Shown one piece after another: positions 10,001 through 19,057 of a DNA stretch of 64,000 bases; the stretch's first letter is position 1, and each line of letters starts with the position of its first letter. Made by a program: the position numbers and the translations under genes. The notes beneath the pieces were generated by a model. The model searched no databases, was not told where the DNA came from, and saw only the letters and a list, made by a program, of their open reading frames with translations. The stretch is taken from the IMG/VR virus record IMGVR_UViG_2519899835_000003. The stretch is one strand, 5' to 3'. The DNA is from a virus (taxonomy: Duplodnaviria > Heunggongvirae > Uroviricota > Caudoviricetes).

Positions 10001-13000
10001 ACAGATGCCACCTTGTTGATTTCCAGGCGCGACCGGACAGCCTTCATGTGTACCGCTGACACCACCGGATCACCATTTTTATCCACGGCATCAAGCAGCA
10101 TCACAACCGCGTTTCTTTCTGTCGCGGAACGGTAAATTGCATCCGGATCGTGCATCAGTTCCGGTAGTCTCTCGATAACATCCATCGGCACCACATGTTT
10201 CACACCATTGGTGGCCTTACGCACAGTGTCGCGGGAGATAACCAGCGGCAAATCTGGTGCGCCAAGGTGACGCAATACCGGCGGCGTACGCCCGATGTTT
10301 ACCGTTAAATCCGTTGAGCGCAGAGACTTCATCATTCTGGCAAGGTCATCACGATAACGCTCGCCCTCACCTTCCGGCACTTTGAACGGATCAGGCTTAC
10401 CGCTACGGGAGTACTGAGACGATGCGTCCGCGCCATCCTCACGCGGCGTGTAACCTTCCCGCACACGCTGGCCTAACGTGCGAATAGTTTCGCGAACAAG
10501 TCTGATATCGTTCAGTTCCGTCGGCTTCAGTAACCCCGTACGACGCAGTACCCCTTTGACCAGGGCAACAACACGCTCCCATGCCGCCACGAATTTAATC
10601 GGCTGCTTCTCTGCCATATGCGCCAGAAATTCACCCGCCTGCACTTCCGGTGATTCCTTACCATAAGACGCATCAACCTTACGCCAGGCTTCACGGATGG
10701 TGGCGTTATCACTGTCACGGGTTTTCAGCACGGTCTTAATAATCGTCTGATATTCCGCTGGCGTGACTACATGCTCCATTGCATGGTGAATAATCTCGTG
10801 ACGTAACTTCTCGCGAACGGTCCGCCCGTCAGGGATGTTATCCGCCACCAGGACAATTTCACGTTTATCCGGACGATAGAACGCGTGCACCTTGCCGTAA
10901 CCGTCGAATGATTCACCCGCCAGTGCTTCAGCCTCTTTCTGTGACTTCACCACGCGGACCTTCAGGTCACTGTCCTTAATGCCACTAATCACGCCACGGG
11001 CAACAGCTTCAACCTGCGGGACCGGACTGCCTTTGGCTTCCGCACTACGGTTAACATCCGAAATCAGATTGCCTTCAGGTGTGCGGGTCACGCCCTTACG
11101 GGAATAAAACGCAACTCCCTTGTCCGTCTCACGGGTTTTCAGTGTTCGGAACAAGTGATCGAATGCCTCACGAATACCGCCATCCAGTTCTGCATTCGTC
11201 GGATAAGCGTAGGTGTCCGGCTGTCCATGGTCATCCGCCTTACGGATATTGACCAGATAATCATTCTCCACGCCAGCCATACGCGCTTTATCCTGAACAT
11301 AACGCTCAAAGGCTCGCGCCGCCATTTCAACATCCGTTGACCAGTACGGTTTTGAACGAACGCCATCCAGGCGTTCAGAACGACGCAACATGTCACTGCT
11401 GTTAATGGCTTTCATCACGCCTTTAAACGCGTCGTAAACCTCCTGACGTACCGGATATTCCGCATCAACATACCTGCCGTCTTTAAATACGCGCACGGCA
11501 CGCTGTGCTTCCGTCATATAGTCGCCACCTGACGTGATCTTCCCGTCAGTGGAAACATCATAACGACCAAAATAATTATCCAGTGAATGGAACCATTCGT
11601 GGGCCAGCGCCCCCGGTCCGTTACCTTTTGTCAGGTTGATTGCCACCTCACCCGGCTCATAGTGTGCCGCCGCCTTACCCTTACCACGGGCACCAAAAGC
11701 AAGCCCAAGACGACCGTTCAGAGAAAGCGCTTTTGTCGGCACGTTCAGCACGTCAGCCAGGTCATGCAGCGAGTCATAAGCCCGGTTCAAATCAGCCTGA
11801 CGACGCGGACTTTCCACATAATTACCAAACTGCACACCACGAAAACCAAACGCATCACTGAACTGCTCCGGCGAAACATCCCCCTTGCGGCGTTCTGGTC
11901 CGGTACGATCGCGGTTGGTGGCGTTACGCTGCTCCTCACGCGAGACTTCACGCAGCGCCTTCACCTGATTAACCAGCTCATCACGATGTGTGCGCACATA
12001 ATCATGTGCATCACGGGCAGACTCAAAACCGCCCTTCAGTTTCTGCCTGTTTTTGCCATAACCGATAAAAATGTCGCCACTGGCCTTATGCCGGTACACG
12101 TCAAAGGTTATTCTGTCATCAGCAGAGGTTGCTGGCGTTTCCCTTTCTCTGGAGCCTTGTTCATCGAAATATGCTTTCGCCTTTTTCAGTAACTCATCCC
12201 GGCTTTCCGAGAAAAAGAGGTCGCGCCCCTTGCTATCACGAAGCGAATACATCATTTGCGGCGGATCGTAACGTTTTCCCCCGACAAACGAATAAACACC
12301 GGACCTGACACGATAGCCGGATGCTTTATCAATCTGCAATGCAGAAAGCGTACGGAGCAGTTTCCAGGTATCCGACATGCTCCGTAACCCCGGCTTACTG
12401 TCCATCATATCAGCCAGTTTCGCTGCCGGAATTTTCCCCTCCAGCATACCGGCAGTAGCTTCGCGACCGCTTTTAACAATGCTGATCCATTTCTGCATGT
12501 TACGGCTTGTTCTGGTGGGAATTTCACTGCGATACAACGCCATCATTGCCAGCGTGTCACTATCCACACCTTCTTTTTCCAGACGGGCATAATCCGGCTT
12601 TGGAAACAGTTTGCTCAGTGGTTGTGTCGCGTACTCCCCATCCTCCAGCGTTTTACCCATAGCTTCAGCAAGCTGCGCATAACGGTGTTTTGCCGCGCCC
12701 TTAATCTCCTCGCCAAAGTCTTCAATTTTCGCACCACGCACCTGCTGGTGAGTGCTCGGTTTATCTACCGGCACCGGCACCTCAGTATCCGGAACATCGG
12801 TTATGGTCTGGCGATTATCCCCGGTCTGTCTGCGTGCTTCTGCCTGCTGTGCCAGTTCCGGAAGGGAGTCACGAACCATACGAGGGAGTGATTCAGGCTG
12901 TGGCATATCAACCCCACGCTGACTTTCAGGTGCAGGAAGTCCTTCACGCACTGGTGCTGTGGCGTTCTGCTCATCCGGTGACGGCAGACCACGACGAACT

Positions 13001-15420
13001 GTTTCGCCCTCCAGTATTTCCCCCTGGCGACCAGCGGCATTTTCCGGTGCCTGCGCACGTCCTTTCTGGAAACTCTGGCCCTTCACCTCACCGGTTGTGG
13101 TAAAACGACCACCACGTCCGGCCTGATTTTCATCCGGCGTACGCGCCACTTCTCCTGGTAACGGATATCCCTGTCCGGGATGAATATCGCCGGGAGCGGG
13201 AAGGCGTGGACGCTCAGTTAACTCCTGTGCTGTCGGACCGGCATCACCTTCAGCCATCTGGGAACGCACCAGTTCTTCCGCCGTCGGCGCGTTGCCACGG
13301 GCAAGACGGGCCTGCACTTCTGTATCATCCCCCGTAAAACCACGGAATCGCGGGTCACGCATGAACGCGGGCTGTTCCATCGGATCAGCATCAGTAATAC
13401 GCTCTCCGTCAGCCAGAGTGTTAATGGTCTCCGTTGCCACATCTTCAGAGAACGCAGGATTATCCATTTCAACGGCATACTGATTCTCGCCTTTCTTCAC
13501 TACGGACGGTTTCAGGCCGGTGGCGCTGGCATTGCGGAAAACGTCGCTCCCCAGAGCACTTTTTTCATCCGTGAAATAACGGTTGTCCGGACGCACCTTT
13601 TCAATGCGTTCTGCTGGTCTGGACGCACCACTCTCGTTAATTTCAATACGAACTTCATCCGGATCGCGGAACCGCACCGTCGGGTAAATACTCCCGTCGC
13701 CATCATCCGCATTTTCCGGCTGTGGCTGTGCCTCCGGTCTGGCCTCCCGCTGAGGGCGAAGCACATCACGTATTGCCTGTAACTGCTGCTCTTCAGTATC
13801 AGTACGCCCTTCCTTCTGGCTGAGTTTTCGGTATTCCTCAAGCAGTTCAGGGCGCGGCTTCGCCTTCAGCTCATCCATCACCGCCTGTCGCTTCGCCTGT
13901 TCATCCAGTTCATTCAACAGCTGGCTGGCGGCTTCCCGGCGATGAACGGCAGACGTGTCTCCCTCATGTGCCATATCCGCATCAGCATACTGTTCCAGAA
14001 GCTGCTCGCGATTCATCCCCTGCATAGATTCACGATGCTGTGCCACCGGATCAACCGGTTCGGGTTGCGGAGCCGATTCGTCCTGAGGAACGCTTTCAGC
14101 CTCACGCATGGCTGCTTCATCTGCCGCCTGACGTTTTCCACGATATCCGGCAGCCGCACCGAATGGTGCCCCCATTGCAGCACCAAGGGCTGCACCTTCG
14201 ATCGTTGCGTCAGCCACGCCCTCCCACGGTGACACATCCATTCCGGCGGTCTCACGCAATGCCGTGTTTTCCTGATAGCGTGAATAGCCACCCTGCGCCG
14301 CATTAATCGTCCCCTGTTCCGTGGCATTTCTGACAATGCCGCTTTTAACGGTCTTCGCCGTGCCCCGCATCGCCAGATTAAGCAACTGAGCATCGCCCAG
14401 TTTTGCCGCCATGGCATTCACAGCCAGCAATTCAGGATCGGTTGCCAGTTGCGCACGCACCTCATCGGCAACACGCTCTTTTGCCAGGTCCATTTTCTGG
14501 CGGTCAGTAAGCTGCGCGTGCTGCGGATCTGCATCAATTGACAAAAAGGTCTGCTGAAATTTCGGTGACTTCGCCAGCTCAGAATAATCCGCGTTAAGAA
14601 CAGCATCTGCCGCTGCCATTGCACTCCGCCCTTGCGCACTGACAGTGGAATGGGTGATCAGGCCTGCCTGGAAAAAATCCGGCATTTTTTTATCGACAGC
14701 TTCGGCTGCCAGTGCTGTGGCTCTTTCCGGCTGCATCCCTACCGCGATGTATTTTTTCTCCAGCCCGGCGGTCAGCACTTTTCGCAGAGTGACATCACCC
14801 AGCTTTTTAGTCACACCGCCTGCAACCATATCCGGTACAAGCGCACCAATCAGGTTAACCCCTTTCGCTACCCAGACCGCTGAATCATCATATCCTTCAG
14901 TCATCGGTGTATTCAGCGCCCGCTGCGCCCCCGGCGACATCTTGCCAGTCAGCCATTCATCCGAGGCTTTAGCGCCGCCACTGACTGCCTTGCCTGTGAC
15001 CTTCAGACCTTTACCGACAGTATCAGTAACCGCATTTTTTCCATCAGGCAGAGTGTCGATGACCTCATCCGCCCCCTTGCTGCCACCGACAAAAATATCC
15101 TGAACAGTTGCTACTCCCGGCAGCCCCATACGGCTGAACTCATTTAAAATACGTGCCCCTGTTTTTACCGGGCTCTGAATCATCGCATCACCGAGTCCAC
15201 GGGCCATTTCCCCTGTCCCCCGGACGGACTGGGCGACACCTTTCCCCATAGTTGGCAATACATCGCCCAGGCTGAACGACGTGCTGTTGTCCTTCCAGCG
15301 ATTGGGATCGGAGAAAAACACATCATAGCTGTCAGTCTCTCCCGGCTGCTGAATGTTCAGGCTGTTGCGGCTCTGGTTGCCAAATTGCGCTTCAGGGCGC
15401 TGTTCATCGGAATAAGCCAT
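7069..15420 (-). CDS. Giant multidomain virion protein (2,783 aa) with two HExxH zincin-like motifs; probable injected internal/ejection protein
   Basis: Single uninterrupted 8,352-bp ORF with ATG start, last gene of the minus-strand virion module. Contains ALAHEWFHSLD (about 11,590-11,600) and LRHEIIHHAMEH (about 10,775-10,800). Confidence 0.8.
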   Translation of the reverse strand: MAYSDEQRPEAQFGNQSRNSLNIQQPGETDSYDVFFSDPNRWKDNSTSFSLGDVLPTMGKGVAQSVRGTGEMARGLGDAMIQSPVKTGARILNEFSRMGLPGVATVQDIFVGGSKGADEVIDTLPDGKNAVTDTVGKGLKVTGKAVSGGAKASDEWLTGKMSPGAQRALNTPMTEGYDDSAVWVAKGVNLIGALVPDMVAGGVTKKLGDVTLRKVLTAGLEKKYIAVGMQPERATALAAEAVDKKMPDFFQAGLITHSTVSAQGRSAMAAADAVLNADYSELAKSPKFQQTFLSIDADPQHAQLTDRQKMDLAKERVADEVRAQLATDPELLAVNAMAAKLGDAQLLNLAMRGTAKTVKSGIVRNATEQGTINAAQGGYSRYQENTALRETAGMDVSPWEGVADATIEGAALGAAMGAPFGAAAGYRGKRQAADEAAMREAESVPQDESAPQPEPVDPVAQHRESMQGMNREQLLEQYADADMAHEGDTSAVHRREAASQLLNELDEQAKRQAVMDELKAKPRPELLEEYRKLSQKEGRTDTEEQQLQAIRDVLRPQREARPEAQPQPENADDGDGSIYPTVRFRDPDEVRIEINESGASRPAERIEKVRPDNRYFTDEKSALGSDVFRNASATGLKPSVVKKGENQYAVEMDNPAFSEDVATETINTLADGERITDADPMEQPAFMRDPRFRGFTGDDTEVQARLARGNAPTAEELVRSQMAEGDAGPTAQELTERPRLPAPGDIHPGQGYPLPGEVARTPDENQAGRGGRFTTTGEVKGQSFQKGRAQAPENAAGRQGEILEGETVRRGLPSPDEQNATAPVREGLPAPESQRGVDMPQPESLPRMVRDSLPELAQQAEARRQTGDNRQTITDVPDTEVPVPVDKPSTHQQVRGAKIEDFGEEIKGAAKHRYAQLAEAMGKTLEDGEYATQPLSKLFPKPDYARLEKEGVDSDTLAMMALYRSEIPTRTSRNMQKWISIVKSGREATAGMLEGKIPAAKLADMMDSKPGLRSMSDTWKLLRTLSALQIDKASGYRVRSGVYSFVGGKRYDPPQMMYSLRDSKGRDLFFSESRDELLKKAKAYFDEQGSRERETPATSADDRITFDVYRHKASGDIFIGYGKNRQKLKGGFESARDAHDYVRTHRDELVNQVKALREVSREEQRNATNRDRTGPERRKGDVSPEQFSDAFGFRGVQFGNYVESPRRQADLNRAYDSLHDLADVLNVPTKALSLNGRLGLAFGARGKGKAAAHYEPGEVAINLTKGNGPGALAHEWFHSLDNYFGRYDVSTDGKITSGGDYMTEAQRAVRVFKDGRYVDAEYPVRQEVYDAFKGVMKAINSSDMLRRSERLDGVRSKPYWSTDVEMAARAFERYVQDKARMAGVENDYLVNIRKADDHGQPDTYAYPTNAELDGGIREAFDHLFRTLKTRETDKGVAFYSRKGVTRTPEGNLISDVNRSAEAKGSPVPQVEAVARGVISGIKDSDLKVRVVKSQKEAEALAGESFDGYGKVHAFYRPDKREIVLVADNIPDGRTVREKLRHEIIHHAMEHVVTPAEYQTIIKTVLKTRDSDNATIREAWRKVDASYGKESPEVQAGEFLAHMAEKQPIKFVAAWERVVALVKGVLRRTGLLKPTELNDIRLVRETIRTLGQRVREGYTPREDGADASSQYSRSGKPDPFKVPEGEGERYRDDLARMMKSLRSTDLTVNIGRTPPVLRHLGAPDLPLVISRDTVRKATNGVKHVVPMDVIERLPELMHDPDAIYRSATERNAVVMLLDAVDKNGDPVVSAVHMKAVRSRLEINKVASVYGTENGKKLKSMEMTGLTLYRREKLSRDNLLHRGLQLPKGEHSYRGSVDKILYPEDIRKGPYYSRTSSLTPEETIASRFVRQMQDKFQVLKAVQENIRKTGGKIDDSNNAYMAEELFHGKAENDLNVMKERYVQPLAKLLADYKIAQADLDEYLYARHAPERNVHIAKINPKMPDGGSGMTNAEATEIMQRVRNSGKQAQYDRLAGIIDDMLARRREIIREAGLEESGVVDAWQKAYRYYVPLKGQDVDGVVSQPRTGKGFTIGGRESKQAMGRASRAQSPSTQAIQDLSESLIRNRKNEVGNAFLKLVQDNPDKDYWQVFTDDRPDTMRVIAERKDQETGETIREVVERPVPMAMMADRYFTTKKDGKTYYIKLHDPRLMRAMKNMGPETSNAVIRTLGKVNRFLATVNTSYNPEFLVSNFIRDVQTAVMNLKAEQGRSDGKLKELDNLSALAVVKDSRSAMSAVYASLRGKTLTGKGAQWQKVWKEFVEDGGKTGWFNMGDLEGQQKEMDRLVSLAKGGWKGQSIGAWHSFLNLVEDANGAVENALRLSAYKHARDAGLSRQQAASLAKNMTVNFNRRGEQGMLMNSLYMFANASIQGTANLVRTLGHLNGDGPLLERLRWKNLNVPQKIVLAAVGAGYLLGSLNRSVAGEDDDGVNWYDKVPSHVKERNLVIMKSMFGGKAGEYWSIPLPYGYNVFFLLGHTAEGVAAGDLTASRAAGNVVGGILGAFSPIGSETSETLSGALLKNAAPTILRPFANLSMNENFMGAQIYQENMPFGTPKPDSQLGRRSTPEAYKAFAFWLNAFSGGSQYRPGAVDITPESLKFWIDYISGGTGRFISKTTDAAVKSLNGIDIPEQQVPFLGKISGEVMPYADQQKMYDRMTEVAQYHAELKSLTGAERTAFIDENNGKLLMNGLMQDTRKRLKDLRKQRDAIYADSSLSLAQQAAMVKSVERDMKVAVDRFNREYNKKVGVD

Positions 15421-15432
15421 ACAGACTCCATA

Positions 15433-15458
15433 AAAAAACCCGGCACAATGACCGGGTA
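15433..15458 (-). terminator. Candidate rho-independent terminator between the 421-aa gene and the giant gene (approximate)
   Basis: Minus-strand reading gives CCCGG-loop-CCGGG hairpin followed by a T run (plus strand: AAAAAAACCCGGCACAATGACCGGG). Confidence 0.35.
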
Positions 15459-15488
15459 TCAGGAAATAGTATTAACGGGAATGGTGAA

Positions 15489-16754
15489 TTACTGCGCGTA
15501 ATTCTGTTTCAGACCACGGATAAACTCAGATGCAGAGGCCGCGCTATCATCCCTGGCCTGTTCCCCCCTGGCCTTTTGAATACGGAGAAAATTCGCATAC
15601 CCGTGTTCCAGCAATTTCTGATTCTGAGGCTCCAGCATTTCTGGCTGACGGGAGGCCACTTCTCTGGCAAATGCCTGCTTATCCGGATCATCACCCGCCC
15701 AACTGGTAATCCCTTGTTGAATTTTTTGCTGCTGAATTTGCTGCTGATACTGCGGCAGTCCCATCGAAGCATAATATTGCGTCACTGCTCCCTGCGCATC
15801 ACCGCCGTCCTGTGCAACCTTTATCGCTACCTGGCTGGCTCCTTTCTGAAGTTGATCCGCAGAAAGTCCCTGCTGCTTCGGCGTGAAATAGCCGAAATTT
15901 TTCGAAATTTCCGCGAATTTACTGCGATCCCTGACAAGCTCAACAGCCTTATCAACAGGCACCGCCAGCACGGTTTGATCATCAGGATGTGCACTGCCGT
16001 ATTCCGTAACGGGTTTATGTGCTGTAGAGCCATCACTGTATGTGAGATCAAGGCCGATAAGTATGTACCCTTCCTGCTGTGCCGGTACTATACTGCCAAT
16101 CCTGGCCTCTTTTATCGTCTTTTTCCCGGTTGAATCGGGCATGCCAATACGCTGTTGCAGTTCCGGGCCAAACACCCCGGAAAGGACATCAAGATTCTCC
16201 GGCGTATTAAGTGAAGCGATAGCCCTGTCTGGCTTGTCATCAAAGATTTTTTGCAGGTTGTTCACGGCCTGACCCGCTTTCGCTACATAGCCATCATTCG
16301 CCATCAGCCTCAGCGGATTACCCTCTGACAACTGGCCGTAAAGACGCATTGCTGCATCCCGATCGCCAGCATCCACAGCCTTTCCAAGCGCCGCCATCAC
16401 AGGCTGATCGCGCGCCAGCATATCGTTATACTCAAGCCGTCGCTGGTTGTATTTCTGCATCCGGAGTCGCTGCTGCTCCATACCCAGCGACGCATTCCGG
16501 TAATTCTGGTTGGCGTTAAACTCCCTTTCCTGCAGTGCATAATTACGGTCGTCGACTTTGGCTCTGTAATCAAAGTTCCGCTGATCAACGTCTTTATTAT
16601 GTTCAAACTGCGACTGTGCAAATTCAAAATCGCGCTCGTTATTTTTCTGTTGTTGAGCAAGCTGTGCTTCTCGCAAACCAAGTTCCTTACGACGGGTCAT
16701 TGCCTGGTCAACCGTGCTGAATCCGGCAAGTAAACCCTGTGCAAATCCGCTCAT
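15489..16754 (-). CDS. Probable internal virion/ejection protein (421 aa)
   Basis: Q/N-rich low-complexity protein immediately upstream of the giant gene in the virion module; position-based call. Confidence 0.45.
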   Translation of the reverse strand: MSGFAQGLLAGFSTVDQAMTRRKELGLREAQLAQQQKNNERDFEFAQSQFEHNKDVDQRNFDYRAKVDDRNYALQEREFNANQNYRNASLGMEQQRLRMQKYNQRRLEYNDMLARDQPVMAALGKAVDAGDRDAAMRLYGQLSEGNPLRLMANDGYVAKAGQAVNNLQKIFDDKPDRAIASLNTPENLDVLSGVFGPELQQRIGMPDSTGKKTIKEARIGSIVPAQQEGYILIGLDLTYSDGSTAHKPVTEYGSAHPDDQTVLAVPVDKAVELVRDRSKFAEISKNFGYFTPKQQGLSADQLQKGASQVAIKVAQDGGDAQGAVTQYYASMGLPQYQQQIQQQKIQQGITSWAGDDPDKQAFAREVASRQPEMLEPQNQKLLEHGYANFLRIQKARGEQARDDSAASASEFIRGLKQNYAQ

Positions 16755-16764
16755 TCACCACTCC

Positions 16765-17016
16765 TTAAAACAAAGAACCAGCAATACCACCTATGACAGC
16801 ACCAATAGCCGCACCGGGGAGACCACCAACAGCAGCGCCCATAGCTGCACCCGTACCAATTCCCGTGCCGATATTCTGTTTGTTCTGCGCTTTCTGTTGC
16901 GCCGCCATCTGTTTGTTCGCGGCCTCAATTTCTTCACGTCGTCTGTCGGCATCACTTATTCCCTGTAATGCCTCACGCCGCGACTGATTCACAATATCCA
17001 GTAAACCGTATCCCAT
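16765..17016 (-). CDS. Glycine-zipper membrane protein (83 aa)
   Basis: C-terminal GTGIGTGAAMGAAVGGLPGAAIGAVIGGIAGSLF glycine-zipper segment. Confidence 0.5.
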   Translation of the reverse strand: MGYGLLDIVNQSRREALQGISDADRRREEIEAANKQMAAQQKAQNKQNIGTGIGTGAAMGAAVGGLPGAAIGAVIGGIAGSLF

Positions 17017-17025
17017 ATTGCCCCC

Positions 17026-17478
17026 TTACGCTGACACCAGTTTTCCGCCAACACTCAGTTGTTGTCTTGCAGGTGCAGAAGCCCCCGTCAGTATGTTCAT
17101 CTGGCGATCCTGCTCTGCTTCACGGATACCATTTTTCGCGCCAGCAATTGCCAGAGCATTACGCAAACCCAGTGTGTTACTGTTGGGATTATCCGGGCGG
17201 CTTACCCCGTATCTCGCCATCTGGTTATCCTGCGCCATCTGCGCTGTACGGAGACTGGAAGTGGCAAGGCCGCCCACCCGGGCAAGCTGTGCATTCATCA
17301 GGCTGTTGTTCTCGCCAAGGTCAGCCAGCCTTGCCACGCGGGGCAAATATCTGGTTCGCCAATCGTCGTATTGTTGGCGTGTCAGCGCTGCTGACGTCTG
17401 CCAGTCACCCTGTGGACGGGCAGCTCCGGTATAACCGTATCTCGCAAGTGTTTCGTATTTACCGTACTCCATAATCAC
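17026..17478 (-). CDS. Hypothetical virion-module protein (150 aa)
   Basis: ORF in operon with flanking virion genes; no motif recognised. Confidence 0.4.
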   Translation of the reverse strand: MIMEYGKYETLARYGYTGAARPQGDWQTSAALTRQQYDDWRTRYLPRVARLADLGENNSLMNAQLARVGGLATSSLRTAQMAQDNQMARYGVSRPDNPNSNTLGLRNALAIAGAKNGIREAEQDRQMNILTGASAPARQQLSVGGKLVSA

Positions 17479-18050
17479 AGTCTCCAGTTCTGAGCCTGAT
17501 GCTGAATGGCATTAGCGCCGGTGCCAGGTGTTTTAGCACCGCCACTTCCTCCGCTACCGCCAGCCTTATACATCGCATATGCACCTACCGCACCCAAACC
17601 AGCGCCAACAAGAGAGGCTCGCCCCTGCTGTTTCGTAAACGCAGCCTGTGCGTCCGATTTAGCTTTTGCCAGACTGCTGTCTGCCAGCGAGTTAAAACTC
17701 TGTAACGCATCCGCCTTTTGACCAGAACCGAGAGCAGCAACATCCTGTAGCCCGGCAACATACTTATCTGCCTGCGATACCTGCCCCCGTGTGGTTGTGT
17801 CAATCTGCCCGGTTACCTGATCACTCTGGTTCGCATTCATTACCGCGTTAAAGCGACCACTGGACGGGTCAACACCGGACTGAGCAAGATTATCCGCCAG
17901 CTCCCTTCCGTGCTTCGCCAAACTGTTTCTGATACCCAAGATTTGTGGTGCCAGCGATATTGTCGTACTGCTGCTCACTGTTAAGGTCATCGACCTTTTC
18001 CATGAAGTTATCTTCAGCCGGGCGGAGGATATTTTTGATAATCCTGCCAC
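17475..18050 (-). CDS. Hypothetical virion-module protein; N-terminal ~40 aa doubtful (frame-fragmented region 17,880-18,133)
   Basis: C-terminal 150 aa look protein-like (glycine-rich tail); the N-terminal part overlaps two other open frames that read more plausibly. Confidence 0.35.
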   Translation of the reverse strand: MAGLSKISSARLKITSWKRSMTLTVSSSTTISLAPQILGIRNSLAKHGRELADNLAQSGVDPSSGRFNAVMNANQSDQVTGQIDTTTRGQVSQADKYVAGLQDVAALGSGQKADALQSFNSLADSSLAKAKSDAQAAFTKQQGRASLVGAGLGAVGAYAMYKAGGSGGSGGAKTPGTGANAIQHQAQNWRL

Positions 18051-18226
18051 CCTTTCCAGGCCACTTCTTCCTGTGCTATTTGCGCTGCTGTTGGTTTTAC
18101 TTTGGTATCACCACCGCCTTTTTTTCCACCCATAATGGCCCCCTGGATAACAAAAAACCCTGCCGGGGCAGGGTCAGAATGTGAATTGCAATGTTGGTTT
18201 AAACACAATGATGAAAACTGTAGCAG

Positions 18227-18628
18227 TCAGACCGCTATCCTGAACACCATGAAGCCATCCTCATCATCCGGCATTCGCTCAAAGCCCAGACGTTTTCCCA
18301 GCCGGATAAATCCCCGTCTTGCCGTATGAAATTCAGCCCAGCGTCCGCCAGCCAGATGGGTTAATGTCTTCACCTCCGGCAGGTAACGCTCAACGCTGTT
18401 ACTCCCCGTACACACGCCCAGCAACACCAGAACATAAGGGATACCATCAGCACTGAGCACAGAACGCAGCACCAAAAAGCCATCAGGTGCCTCAAAACAA
18501 AACGCCTGCTTTTTAAGGCAGGCGTCTTTAACTTCATTCATAAATTCAGGGTTGCGGGAATTTCTCACAACACGCTGCATATACCGGAGAATTTTGTCGT
18601 CCATTCTCTCACCAGAAACGGGTGCCAT
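18227..18628 (-). CDS. Hypothetical protein (133 aa)
   Basis: ORF between the hok-like gene and the virion proteins; followed by a hairpin plus T run near 18,153-18,175. Confidence 0.45.
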   Translation of the reverse strand: MAPVSGERMDDKILRYMQRVVRNSRNPEFMNEVKDACLKKQAFCFEAPDGFLVLRSVLSADGIPYVLVLLGVCTGSNSVERYLPEVKTLTHLAGGRWAEFHTARRGFIRLGKRLGFERMPDDEDGFMVFRIAV

Positions 18629-18684
18629 ATCGGCTGAACCTCAGCAACCAGTTGACGGGGACTCTCGTCCCCGTCGCGGTTTTC

Positions 18685-18825
18685 CTACTGCTTACACTGT
18701 AAGAACGCCGCAAACTCCGCTCCCCACAAATTCAGCCGGAACTCACACAGTGAACCGTGCAACATCCAGATGGTGAAGATAACCGTCATGCAAATTGTGA
18801 CGGTGATAAGCGATTTTTGCGACAT
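18685..18825 (-). CDS. Hok/Gef-family type I toxin (46 aa), not in the supplied ORF track
   Basis: ATG with AAAAGGAG 7 nt upstream; MSQKSLITVTICMTVIFTIWMLHGSLCEFRLNLWGAEFAAFLQCKQ has the Hok fold signature (single TM helix, then SLCE.R...E.AAF). Frame anchored against the overlapping plus-strand ORF 18552..18776. Confidence 0.6.
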   Translation of the reverse strand: MSQKSLITVTICMTVIFTIWMLHGSLCEFRLNLWGAEFAAFLQCKQ

Positions 18826-19057
18826 AGCGCTTGACTCCTTTTACAGAGAGGCGCTAACCTTCTACTTGCTTAAGGTACGAAGTGTTAGGGCCTCGGGTTA
18901 ACGTTAAGTTGACTCGGGGCCTTTCCACATCAGGCCTTCAGGTTCACCCTCCAGCCATCAGCCGAAAGGCATCCACGCATAATTTACGGTTTTTGCCCTG
19001 TACGGGCAATAAAAAACCCGCCATCACAGCGGGTAGTAAACGGTTACCGGATACAGG

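Noticed and set aside
7327-15103. Numerous plus-strand ORFs (60-200 aa) inside the giant minus-strand gene
   Set aside because: All are nested antisense to an uninterrupted 8.35-kb ORF, lack ribosome-binding sites and have skewed, low-complexity compositions.
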